The position numbers and the translations under genes are program-made. From a virus (Duplodnaviria > Caudoviricetes), in the IMG/VR virus record IMGVR_UViG_3300020411_000002: a stretch of DNA of 64,000 nucleotides; one strand, written 5' to 3'. How positions within the stretch are numbered: position 1 is the stretch's first letter; each line of letters opens with the position of its first letter. Shown here piece after piece: positions 1 to 9,469 of the stretch. Below the pieces are notes generated by a model. That model saw nothing but the letters and a program-made list of their open reading frames with translations. It ran no database searches and had not been told where the DNA came from.

Positions 1-5
1 AAGGG

Positions 6-788
6 ATGATGGCTACAAGCCGTGCATGTCCTAAATTTAAAGCTGAACCATCAATCATTCGCGAAGCTCTCGAAGAAGATGCGGAAGAAGGGTTCAGAGA
101 AATTGCTAGTTGTGTTAAAGGTATGAATCCGCGTCAGTTAAAAGCTATGGCTGGTGCGTTATTAAATGAAGTTGTTACGCGAAAGAACGGGTTTTATATG
201 TGGCAGCCTGTTTATATTCGTTTTCGTGGTACAGCAAATGCTAATTACATGAGCAACTTCATGACAGGTCGCGTTGTTAACGCAGACAAAAACACTGTTC
301 GAATTATCTCAGACGATGGAAAGACTGTCTTACGTTATGCTAACACAGGTCACGAAGGTCCTAGCATATACAGTGTAGAAGCTTTTGCTCCAATCAAAGA
401 AGCTATGATTGAGAAAGGAAAACGCATTGACCCAAGTGAACGTGAAACACCAAAACGTCTACGTCCAGAAGATATGAAAGATGTAGACTTCAAACTTAAT
501 TCAGACGGCTTGAACGGTTTGGTAAGCAATGTTGGTAAAGTAGTTCGTTCTAACAAAGTAGCCCGTCGAGCGCGACCAAACGACAACATAATGGACTTAA
601 CAAAGATAGCGCAATCAATTGAATCTGGAACTGCTAACTATGTTGAAATGTCCGAAGAAACAGGTGAGTACGAACTCGCTTCTCATTCATACAATTCATC
701 TGCTGCTAAGCGTAAGCCGAAAGGTCGAAGCAAGAATGGCATTAACGAAATTGAGTTGGGTGATTTAGAAGACGGGTTGGAAGATTAA
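6..788 (+). CDS. Hypothetical phage protein, possibly 5'-truncated by the window edge
   Basis: 260-aa ORF with phage-typical codon usage; frame is open to the left edge; next gene starts 3 nt after the stop. Confidence 0.75.
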   Translation: MMATSRACPKFKAEPSIIREALEEDAEEGFREIASCVKGMNPRQLKAMAGALLNEVVTRKNGFYMWQPVYIRFRGTANANYMSNFMTGRVVNADKNTVRIISDDGKTVLRYANTGHEGPSIYSVEAFAPIKEAMIEKGKRIDPSERETPKRLRPEDMKDVDFKLNSDGLNGLVSNVGKVVRSNKVARRARPNDNIMDLTKIAQSIESGTANYVEMSEETGEYELASHSYNSSAAKRKPKGRSKNGINEIELGDLEDGLED

Positions 789-791
789 TAA

Positions 792-1958
792 ATGTATAAA
801 AAGTTCAAGAGTCTGAGTGACCAGATTGTTGAACTGTTAGGAGTTGAGGTGAACAGTAAAGAATTTAATCTTGTGTTCACCTACTGCCTAGAGCATATAT
901 GTCTTCAAACTCCAATTAAACAGTTTCACACTAATCTGAGTTCCACAATAGATTTCAAAAATCTAGAAGTAACTCCCAGTAAGTTTAGGCTTGCTATAAG
1001 TAAATCTGGATATGTAATTCTAAATATGCGATTCTACGCTATTTATTTGTGTTCCAGTAGAAAGGTTTTACGACCTGTTGTCTATGATTTCTATCGCTGT
1101 CAATTCAATATAGATAAACAAGATTGTGAAACACTAAGATATATGCTAAGTAAAAAGGTGTACGGTGATTCGTCGTTGCGAACTGTTATTCGTTCTATGT
1201 ATTCCACAGCCGATACATCGCTATATTCACCTGAGTCAATGAATGCATGTATTGAAGAATTTGGTATGATGCTAGATGATGTATATCGTTTCATCGACCG
1301 AGTAGTAGAGAAGCGTTTAAGATTTATTAAACGCACCTACAATATGACCCATGATGAATTTTCATCGGAGTTAATGTTTAGTGCAATCAAAGCACACTAT
1401 AAATCTAAGCCTAACGATTATCCTTTTGAGAAGTCGTTAAACATTGTGCGTAGAAGTATTGATAATGCGGCAATAAATATTATAAAGCTGTACACTTCTA
1501 ACAAACGTGAAAGACTGGTCAACGAAGGTGAAGACGCAAGCGGAAGTTATGTATTCTCATTGCGTGTAGTATCAGAGAATCAACTTAACTTAAAATCTAT
1601 GACAGGCGATGACATTGACACGCCGTATGATTCAATGTTTAGCTCTACATTCAGACTTAACATGGAACGATCAAAAGACATAGATTTCAGTGTTGACCAG
1701 TTGTTACGTAAGTACGGTGTGTATACAAGGCATGGTAAATTAATCAGCTTGTTTTTCAGAACCGACTGTCCTCTATTTGGCAGTTGGCTTCTCAAAAATA
1801 AATATCTTCGTAGTGAATTAAAATCGACACAGGATTTTATGGATAGCAAAACCCGTGAAGAGCTTTTAGATATTATTAGTAAGTATCTAAACACTACAGT
1901 TGAGTCATTGCTAGAAATATCTCTTCCTAGCATGGCGCGGAAGTTAGGCTTAATGTAA
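792..1958 (+). CDS. Hypothetical protein; central part weakly resembles sigma-factor region 2
   Basis: 388-aa ORF; segment RLRFIKR...EFSSELMFSAIKAHY...RRSIDNAAINIIK recalls sigma region 2 helices. CDS is solid, function is a guess. Confidence 0.35.
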   Translation: MYKKFKSLSDQIVELLGVEVNSKEFNLVFTYCLEHICLQTPIKQFHTNLSSTIDFKNLEVTPSKFRLAISKSGYVILNMRFYAIYLCSSRKVLRPVVYDFYRCQFNIDKQDCETLRYMLSKKVYGDSSLRTVIRSMYSTADTSLYSPESMNACIEEFGMMLDDVYRFIDRVVEKRLRFIKRTYNMTHDEFSSELMFSAIKAHYKSKPNDYPFEKSLNIVRRSIDNAAINIIKLYTSNKRERLVNEGEDASGSYVFSLRVVSENQLNLKSMTGDDIDTPYDSMFSSTFRLNMERSKDIDFSVDQLLRKYGVYTRHGKLISLFFRTDCPLFGSWLLKNKYLRSELKSTQDFMDSKTREELLDIISKYLNTTVESLLEISLPSMARKLGLM

Positions 1959-1970
1959 AAGGAAACACAA

Positions 1971-2516
1971 ATGCAAACTCAAACACAGACCTTGTCTCTT
2001 AACCGACCGAGAAAGCTTTATTCGCATCAAGCAGAAGCGTTGTTTCTTCTTACTCTTAATGAGAACGTAGTAGTGTCTATGCCTAATCGCATAGGCAAAT
2101 CTACTATGCACGAAGCTAGTAAAGAAAAAGATTCAAGCACACACGTAGCTAATAAAAATCGTCGAGCTACCGATTCGCAAGCTATAAACAATACTGACCA
2201 TGTTCGGTTTTGTTTGTGGTTGACGTACCAGTTCATTGTAACTAATCAAGATAAGAATTTGCCTGATTCTACAATCATTTGGTTCATGAGAAATAACTTC
2301 AACATTGAATCTAACTTGGTTGTGTCAAGCTTAAAAGCTCTTGAAAACATTTATGCCTGCGTAAATGCCTTTGTTTATAATAATGACAAAAAGTGTAAAA
2401 AGAGATACAACCTACAGAACAAAGATCAGTCTTTGATTATGGAATGGTGTAAGCAGTTTGAAACCCAAATGCCACAGGTTTCTTTTATGAAACAAAAGTT
2501 GGTGTACAAGCAATAA
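1971..2516 (+). CDS. Hypothetical protein
   Basis: 181-aa ORF, AAGGA SD upstream, in operon. Confidence 0.75.
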   Translation: MQTQTQTLSLNRPRKLYSHQAEALFLLTLNENVVVSMPNRIGKSTMHEASKEKDSSTHVANKNRRATDSQAINNTDHVRFCLWLTYQFIVTNQDKNLPDSTIIWFMRNNFNIESNLVVSSLKALENIYACVNAFVYNNDKKCKKRYNLQNKDQSLIMEWCKQFETQMPQVSFMKQKLVYKQ

Positions 2517-2523
2517 GGCAAAC

Positions 2524-3999
2524 ATGGAACTATATTCTATAGATTCAGAGTTACGATTCTTAAAAACAGTAACGAATCGAAAGATACCAAAATTAAAGCG
2601 ACTGGAATTCCTAGGACGTGTGACTGAATTGACTTTCCATCATGAGTACACGCAACAGGCTTACCGCCGTATAATGAATATGGTACAAAACAAAAACCAT
2701 CTGTTAGAATGGGGAGAGTTGCGCACAGACCAAGCGCTAGATAGAAATGCGCGGGACTTATTTGAGGACACTGATGTAAGTTCTGCTAAAGGTCCTAAGT
2801 CTATGTCTAAGCTGTTAGATGACTTGGAGATATTCAGAAAGCGCCGCATGATTTTCGAACTTGTTACTAATGTTACTGATGACTTTGACGATGACAAAGT
2901 TAGTCCTGATGATATAATTGGTAAGATAAGAACAGAAGTAGGTCGAATAGAGGCTAACTCAGTTGAAGAAGAGACTGTATGGTCTTTTGGTGTAGAAGAC
3001 AACTCTGATGATATCGTTGAACGTGCCTTGTATACTCCGTCTGAAAAACTATTGAAGACTGGTTTTACTGAGTATGATACGCGTAATGGTGGATTGCCTT
3101 CTACTGGTGTCATGATTATGGCAGCAACAACGTCAGGTGGTAAATCTGCTGTATCGATGAACTTAGAAAAGAACATTGCAGCGCTTAACGAAAACGTATC
3201 TGCCTGTAAAGCTACTCTGGAAATGAGTGAAGAGCAAGAGGCGAAACGTGTTATATCAATGGTATCTGGAATTCCTCTAAAGAAATTCAAGTTCAACAAC
3301 TTAACAGAACGTGAGGCATCCAAGGCTAAAGCTGATATGAAAGCATGGCGCGATCAGCTTAAAGCAGTAGGAAGCCGCTTTTCCTTTACGGCTGTTAAAC
3401 GAGCCAGAACCATTGACCAGCTTCTAGCTTGGTTTGTACCTTACGCATTCGATGTAATTATTATCGACTACATATCTCTATTGGAAGGTGTCGATGATGA
3501 CAACCAATGGCGAATGCTATCCGCTATTGCCCGTAAATGTAAAGTTTTCAGTTCGGAGCATAATTGCCTAATCATTCTTCTTGCTCAGTTAGATACTGAA
3601 ACAAGTAAGCTTCGATACTCTAAAGGTATTAAAGAACACGCCGACGTTATGTGGAAGTGGAACTACGCAGACGAAGAGGTTCGTGAAACGCATGTTATTA
3701 CTATCGACATTGATAAAGCGCGTGATGGTGAGTTGTTCCCTATGCCTGTATCTGAGGACTTCTCTGTAATGAGAATCACAGACCCTGATGATGAAGCTAT
3801 GGAACTATATGAAGAAATGAAAGCTAGTAGAAATACCAACAAGCGCAAACGTCAACAAATGAGTGATGATCAGGAAGACAAAGAGAAAGAACGCCGAAGC
3901 AGCCGTCGCAAGCGCAAGCGCGATTCTGATTCTGACGATACCGAACGTTCATCAGGTCGCAGACGTTCTAAATCCAATGACGATATGGTGCTAGTGTAA
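2524..3999 (+). CDS. dnaB: DnaB-family replicative helicase
   Basis: Walker A AATTSGGKS, TLEMS, Walker B IIIDYISLL, LLAQL, YSKGIKEHAD, KARDG motifs; long mixed-charge C-terminal tail. Confidence 0.92.
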   Translation: MELYSIDSELRFLKTVTNRKIPKLKRLEFLGRVTELTFHHEYTQQAYRRIMNMVQNKNHLLEWGELRTDQALDRNARDLFEDTDVSSAKGPKSMSKLLDDLEIFRKRRMIFELVTNVTDDFDDDKVSPDDIIGKIRTEVGRIEANSVEEETVWSFGVEDNSDDIVERALYTPSEKLLKTGFTEYDTRNGGLPSTGVMIMAATTSGGKSAVSMNLEKNIAALNENVSACKATLEMSEEQEAKRVISMVSGIPLKKFKFNNLTEREASKAKADMKAWRDQLKAVGSRFSFTAVKRARTIDQLLAWFVPYAFDVIIIDYISLLEGVDDDNQWRMLSAIARKCKVFSSEHNCLIILLAQLDTETSKLRYSKGIKEHADVMWKWNYADEEVRETHVITIDIDKARDGELFPMPVSEDFSVMRITDPDDEAMELYEEMKASRNTNKRKRQQMSDDQEDKEKERRSSRRKRKRDSDSDDTERSSGRRRSKSNDDMVLV

Positions 4000-4883
4000 T
4001 GCTTGATAATTCAGATTTAAACCCGTATGGATACTTAGGGGACGCAATTGAAGAAGTACCGATATCAGAAGTACATAGGTTAGTTCAATCCAGACCTAAT
4101 GAGTTCATGGATATGAAAAAGCCTTTTCGTGGGGTGAAAGTTGTAGACTTTAATACGATTCCTGCTGTCGGTACTGATATAGTTTTCATTGCAGAGCATA
4201 ACAAGAAAATCATTGAGGGTCTTTTAATTCCCAAACGTGAAGAGTCTAGAGCCGTAGAAATCGCTAACGAAATTGATAGAGATAGTGCGGCACGTATAGA
4301 CTTGGACTTGATTAGACAACGCATAGCAGAATCTAAGAAAGGTCACACTCGCGATACAGTTACTCCAAAGCCAAATGGTTTACTTGAAGAGGGCGAACGA
4401 GGTCGTGCAGTTGAGAACATAGTTCCAATAAGTAAAGAAGATATTGAACGTAGTTTTGACTTAACGGAAAAGACTGCAAAGCAAATAGGTGATAGGGTGG
4501 CTAAACATCTTAGCTATCTCATTAGCTTTGATAATGCTGGAAGTTATGTAGAGGCGTTCGCCCGAGACGGATTGGATATTGAATCTGAAATAAATGTAGA
4601 CGATAGCCCACTCCACTTCTTATCGCAGTTGTGTTCTATTGATTCTTTGTACTTTTATCTTAAAAAGATGCGACTCCCAAAAGCCTATAAAGATATGTAC
4701 ATGGAACGAGTTATTCACTACTACGTAGAACGAGCAGCGAAAGACTCGGACAATGCTAGAACCAGTGAGCGTTTGCGCAGACTAAACAACGTCCAAAGCG
4801 CAGCAGGTCAAGTCAAAGAAGACGACAACAAGAATGCTCACGGCTTAGTTAGATCTAGACAAACAAACAGGACTCACTATTAG
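3999..4883 (+). CDS. Hypothetical protein upstream of terminase
   Basis: 294-aa ORF coupled to dnaB by TAATG overlap. Confidence 0.75.
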   Translation: MLDNSDLNPYGYLGDAIEEVPISEVHRLVQSRPNEFMDMKKPFRGVKVVDFNTIPAVGTDIVFIAEHNKKIIEGLLIPKREESRAVEIANEIDRDSAARIDLDLIRQRIAESKKGHTRDTVTPKPNGLLEEGERGRAVENIVPISKEDIERSFDLTEKTAKQIGDRVAKHLSYLISFDNAGSYVEAFARDGLDIESEINVDDSPLHFLSQLCSIDSLYFYLKKMRLPKAYKDMYMERVIHYYVERAAKDSDNARTSERLRRLNNVQSAAGQVKEDDNKNAHGLVRSRQTNRTHY

Positions 4884-5046
4884 AAGAATTCGCAAGTCTT
4901 CCAGTGGAAAAGATAAAGTAGATGTTAAGACTCCCGATCAACCTAAAAAGCGCAGACTCAAACGAAGAAAGCGCACAGAGGAAGTTCAGGAAATCAAAAC
5001 ATTTGAAGTCGCTCCACCTAGAGACAACTACAACCCTCTAGCTGAA

Positions 5047-8000
5047 TTGCTAAATATGGGTGAAGCTGATGATTCAGAATCAGAAGATTTATCTTTCCTC
5101 GACGAAAAAGAGCAGGAGTATAACCCTCTAGATGACGGTGAAGCCATAGACGTAATAGCTATGGTGGATGAAGTAATAGAGAACGATACTCTTGTTGCTC
5201 CTGACTTACGACTCGATGACTCTAGTTGTCCCGAAGCTCCAAACGTTTTTGATTGGATGATTAGTGACAAGTTTTTAGGATGTGAACCTCCGTACTTAGA
5301 ACAAGCACTTATCTGTATACAGTTATTCGCTGAGTATTGTGTAGCCAAAGGAAGTTACATATATACAGACAAGGGCTTGCAGACAATAGAAGATGCACTT
5401 GGCAATCCTGATAAGAAAGGAATGTATGAATGTAGCTTTTCTACAGTCGGTCTGTCGGGTATAAAAGAAGCTACATACGGTGGTATGACTTCTAAACGTA
5501 GAAAGTGTTTAAAAGTATCTTATGCTAATGGTAAAAGTGTTATTGTAACACCTGAGCATAAAATACTTAAACTCAATAAAAACTATTCTTTCAGTTGGGT
5601 GGAAGCTAGACACTTGGATGTAGGGGATGTCGGTGTATCTAAATTAGGTCAGAATTTATTTCCTGTAAACGCATACCGATTAGTATTTGAAGACGTAGAA
5701 CCTTCAAGACTCTATACGCATACTTCTGGACAAGTAGTAGACAATAACAATTCAGGTAAAGATTTTAGTATACCTGAATTAATGACTAATGAGCTTGCTA
5801 GGCTTATAGGGTACTTGATAAGTGATGGTTCAGTTGCTAGACAAGGCAATTCTATAGACTTTACCTCCTTGACAGATTCAGGTTTAGCAGACGATTTTGT
5901 TTACTGCATTAAATCTGTTTTTGGATTAGATTGTAAAACAACTACAGACAATTGGAAACCTAACAGTACCCGTCCTTATTCTTACGTTCAAGTTCATAGT
6001 AGAAAACTAGTTAGATTTTTTAATAGCTTAGGTGTAAGTGGGCTTTGCTACGATAAAACAATTCCTAAGTGCATTTTAGAATCTACGCGAGAACACGTTA
6101 TTGAATGTTTACGTGCTATAATGGATTGCGACGGCTGGACAGACTATAAAGTAGGTATAGTTCTTTCTAGTCAAAAAGCTGTAAAACAAATGCAACTTCT
6201 ATTCGATAACTTAGGGTTATACGGCAAGTATAGGGAATATGTAGATACAGGAAGTGCTGTTTCTCATAGAGAACATGACGATCCTAAAAATCTTAGAGCA
6301 GAATGGGTTCTTAGGTCTTGTCCAACACAGTTCGCTTCAATTATTGGAACGCGAAACAATTTACGAAAAGATAAGTTGTTTTCCAAGACTGCTAAAGACA
6401 CATCTTTTTCCGTATCAGGTAATGGAAACTATAAACCTGGAGTAGTACCTTTTGGTAGAGAACTCTATGCATATTCAAGTACTTTGCGAGATTCTTATCA
6501 TGATAAAGGTTTGTCTTACATTAAGTATGGACGTAGAGATTCTTTTATCGTATCAAATACCTTGTCTGACCCAGACTTTGTAGATTTTTGGAATAGAAAA
6601 GATAATCGTATTTTAAGCCGACTTGAAAAGCTAGACTCCTCTAATCTTTCTTTTTCAAGAATTGTTTCTGTAGAAGATGCAGGCATACATGAGGTTTACG
6701 ATATAACTGTTCCAGATGGTGAGAACTTTCAATGTGATGGAATGATAGTTCATAATTGTCCTCGATGCAGCGATACTGAATGGATGCACATTGATAACCA
6801 TGAACCACAAGAAGGTCTTGGTGCTATCGTTGAAAAAGTGCAAATGCTTAAATTCGGTAAATGTCCTAAGTGTAAAGCAGGTCGTGCGGAAATGATACGT
6901 AGCGGTGAGCTTAACTTCTACAATGAACTAGCTGTACTAGCTGGACAGCGTAGTGGTAAGAGTATCGTTACTGCAATGGCATCAACCTATATAACCCATC
7001 GCATTCTCAAAATGCAAAAGCCAACTGAAATATTCAGAGTTGGTAAGGGGCAAATCTTACATGCTACATTCGTGGCATTGACACAGGGTCAGGCGAAAGA
7101 AACGCTTTGGGACCCTTTTCTTGGTTATATCAACAACAGTCCTTGGTTCAAGAAATATCATGCACTAATGAAATTCTATGAGCGTAAGTATCATACCGAA
7201 TTCGTGCGTGTCAAGGATATGTTCATTCACTATAAACATCGTAACTTGATTCTGTATCCTGCAGGTCCTGATAAACGTAAGCTTCGTGGTAGAACACGGG
7301 TTATTGGTGCGATAGATGAAATCGGTTGGTTCGATAACAACAAAGCAAGTAACAAGATAACGGTAGATGCTAACGGTGTGTATGAGGCTCTTGTGCGTTC
7401 ACTTGGTACTATTCGTGCATCGGAAGACAGGCTTGTTGACATTGGATACGACCAAGCACTTACTGCATATATGCTAAACATCAGTTCACCGTCTAGTATA
7501 CGTGATAAGATTTGTGAGCTAGTAAGAACGTCTATTGGTTCTAGAAAAACATTCGGTCTTCATGCTCCAACGTGGAAAATGAACCCGACTATATCTAGAA
7601 ACAGTGGATTCATTGTTGAAGAATATCGCAAAGACCCAATTACAGCCCAGCGAGACTATGGTGCTGATCCACCTCTTAGTGCTAACGCATTTATCAATAA
7701 CAAATTGCTGGTGGAAGAGGCATTCAGTAAAACGAATCGCAACTTCATTAAGTACAAGCAAGACTTTATTGTTGTTGGTAAAGAGAAGTACAGATACGGT
7801 GTCGTAGATAAAGTTAAGCCTGGGTCAAGCTATAGTATAATGGCACTCGATGCTGGATATACAAACAACAGCTTCTCAATGGTTGTTGGTTCTTTCAACT
7901 CGCAAGGCATACCTACTATCGAAGTTGTGTGTGAGATTATTCCTAGACCGGGAATTCCATTACACTATACAATGATTTACGAAGAAGTTATGAAGCCTAT

Positions 8001-8559
8001 CATTGAGGCGCGTAACGTTAGAATAGTACTTGCAGATAGATGGAACAGCTTAAAGCTTTTACATGATATTCAATTAGACTTCCAAGACGTTGATATGATT
8101 ATCAAGCAGTACAGCTTGAAGTATCAAGACTTCTGGGCAGTTAAAACAGGTCTAGAGCAATTCCAATTAATTATTCCAGCTATGAACAAAGGTTCAGAAT
8201 TGGATAAGTTGTTGCGTGACCCTCTAGATGAATATCCATACTGCTTCGACGGAAGACCTATAGAACACCTTGCATTGCAGATACTAACTGTTCAAGATAG
8301 TGGTAGAACTGTATTGAAAGGCGAAGGCGATCTAACTGACGATTCATTCAGAGCGCTAAGTTTGTTCTATTGGGGAATTCGAGACCCAGAGTATTCGGAA
8401 ATAATCTTACAGCCAATGAAAGAGTCTGAGAAACCCAAGCTGCCTATCGGAATAGCGCTACTTGGCTCTAAGACAAATTCAAGTGGTGTATCTTCACAAG
8501 CCAAACACTACAGCAGCGGTAATGGCGGCAACATTGGTCTAACTCAACGGAGAAAATAA
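5047..8559 (+). CDS. terL: Terminase large subunit containing an intein (true start may be upstream, about 4879)
   Basis: After removing the intein: Zn-ribbon CPRC...CPKC, Walker A AGQRSGKS, Walker B GAIDEIG, NISSP coupling motif, RNase H-like nuclease ALDAG...DRW...DDSFRA; portal-like gene downstream. Confidence 0.88.
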   Translation: MLNMGEADDSESEDLSFLDEKEQEYNPLDDGEAIDVIAMVDEVIENDTLVAPDLRLDDSSCPEAPNVFDWMISDKFLGCEPPYLEQALICIQLFAEYCVAKGSYIYTDKGLQTIEDALGNPDKKGMYECSFSTVGLSGIKEATYGGMTSKRRKCLKVSYANGKSVIVTPEHKILKLNKNYSFSWVEARHLDVGDVGVSKLGQNLFPVNAYRLVFEDVEPSRLYTHTSGQVVDNNNSGKDFSIPELMTNELARLIGYLISDGSVARQGNSIDFTSLTDSGLADDFVYCIKSVFGLDCKTTTDNWKPNSTRPYSYVQVHSRKLVRFFNSLGVSGLCYDKTIPKCILESTREHVIECLRAIMDCDGWTDYKVGIVLSSQKAVKQMQLLFDNLGLYGKYREYVDTGSAVSHREHDDPKNLRAEWVLRSCPTQFASIIGTRNNLRKDKLFSKTAKDTSFSVSGNGNYKPGVVPFGRELYAYSSTLRDSYHDKGLSYIKYGRRDSFIVSNTLSDPDFVDFWNRKDNRILSRLEKLDSSNLSFSRIVSVEDAGIHEVYDITVPDGENFQCDGMIVHNCPRCSDTEWMHIDNHEPQEGLGAIVEKVQMLKFGKCPKCKAGRAEMIRSGELNFYNELAVLAGQRSGKSIVTAMASTYITHRILKMQKPTEIFRVGKGQILHATFVALTQGQAKETLWDPFLGYINNSPWFKKYHALMKFYERKYHTEFVRVKDMFIHYKHRNLILYPAGPDKRKLRGRTRVIGAIDEIGWFDNNKASNKITVDANGVYEALVRSLGTIRASEDRLVDIGYDQALTAYMLNISSPSSIRDKICELVRTSIGSRKTFGLHAPTWKMNPTISRNSGFIVEEYRKDPITAQRDYGADPPLSANAFINNKLLVEEAFSKTNRNFIKYKQDFIVVGKEKYRYGVVDKVKPGSSYSIMALDAGYTNNSFSMVVGSFNSQGIPTIEVVCEIIPRPGIPLHYTMIYEEVMKPIIEARNVRIVLADRWNSLKLLHDIQLDFQDVDMIIKQYSLKYQDFWAVKTGLEQFQLIIPAMNKGSELDKLLRDPLDEYPYCFDGRPIEHLALQILTVQDSGRTVLKGEGDLTDDSFRALSLFYWGIRDPEYSEIILQPMKESEKPKLPIGIALLGSKTNSSGVSSQAKHYSSGNGGNIGLTQRRK
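5338..6756 (+). mobile_element. Intein with LAGLIDADG homing endonuclease (473 aa) in terL
   Basis: Starts CVAKGSYI, block B TPEH, LAGLIDADG motifs LIGYLISDG and LRAIMDCDG, ends GMIVHN followed by +1 Cys (CPRC). Confidence 0.93.
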
Positions 8560-8561
8560 AA

Positions 8562-9212
8562 ATGATAGATAGGAGTACAAACTGTAAAGCGTTTTTCAGA
8601 CAGAGCGTAAAAGAATTCTTTAAGTTTGAGACAGGGAAGTTGGACTCTAAAATATATGAAGTTCACAAAGCACATAGCGAGTGGATTCTTAGTATAGGGT
8701 GGAATGATAAATCAAACTACCTTGAAAAGATCGCCATGCTCTTTAGTGAAGTGTATGAAATGTATTGCGAGTACGACAACGAGAATGAATCTCCTGAAAG
8801 AGCCTGCACCAGACAAGGGTGGGAAATATCAGATGTACTTCTACGAACTCTAAACTTTATCTACTGTTTAGACCAAGAGACAGAGGGGCAGTTGAACCTA
8901 GAAGCAATTATGTCTATCGATACAGTTATTGACAATCGATTTGAAAACTTAAATCGTGATGACTTCGTATATGAAGACTGGGCATTTGCGCTGTATACCA
9001 AACTAGGTTCACTGGTCAACTCTTTCCGTTCTTTCGACTTGAACACGGATTCGGCTATCGACAAGTTAGCTACTCTAAATCAAATAATCTACATGTGTTT
9101 AATTATGCTATCTTACCACAGAGACAAGTGGAATCTACAGTGTGACCTACTTGACCCTGTTTGGTCTAAAATAGAAAAGAACAAGCACAAAAAACTGATA
9201 AGAGACAAATGA
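8562..9212 (+). CDS. MazG-like all-alpha NTP pyrophosphohydrolase
   Basis: KIAMLFSEVYEM...WEISDVLLR matches the ExxE...ExxD pattern; second helical half looks like a degenerate repeat. Confidence 0.55.
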   Translation: MIDRSTNCKAFFRQSVKEFFKFETGKLDSKIYEVHKAHSEWILSIGWNDKSNYLEKIAMLFSEVYEMYCEYDNENESPERACTRQGWEISDVLLRTLNFIYCLDQETEGQLNLEAIMSIDTVIDNRFENLNRDDFVYEDWAFALYTKLGSLVNSFRSFDLNTDSAIDKLATLNQIIYMCLIMLSYHRDKWNLQCDLLDPVWSKIEKNKHKKLIRDK

Positions 9213-9245
9213 TAATTTATCAGTAAATAAAAGGAGAGGCATAAT

Positions 9246-9467
9246 ATGCAATTTTTTAATCCATTAGAAGCAGTAAAGAAGCAAGAACCTGAAAGTACTT
9301 CAAGTGCTGAAGGCGTAGAGTCAACTAGCGCACTGTTTGAGAACAACACTCACGGTTCTTGCCCTAAATGTTCTGGACAAATGGCTATCGTAGCCGTTTC
9401 TTCAAAAGAAGACGCTTACCATTGCGCTAAATGCAGAGTGACAAACCCTCTACCTAAAAGTGTTTAA
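9246..9467 (+). CDS. Small zinc-ribbon protein
   Basis: CPKC-x13-CAKC; strong SD AAGGAGAGG. Confidence 0.75.
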   Translation: MQFFNPLEAVKKQEPESTSSAEGVESTSALFENNTHGSCPKCSGQMAIVAVSSKEDAYHCAKCRVTNPLPKSV

Positions 9468-9469
9468 GT

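Noticed and set aside
9210-9222. Palindrome TGATAA-T-TTATCA resembling a Fur box upstream of the Zn-ribbon/portal genes
   Set aside because: It is 6-1-6, not the 7-1-7 Fur consensus; it overlaps a stop codon in AT-rich DNA and occurs once.
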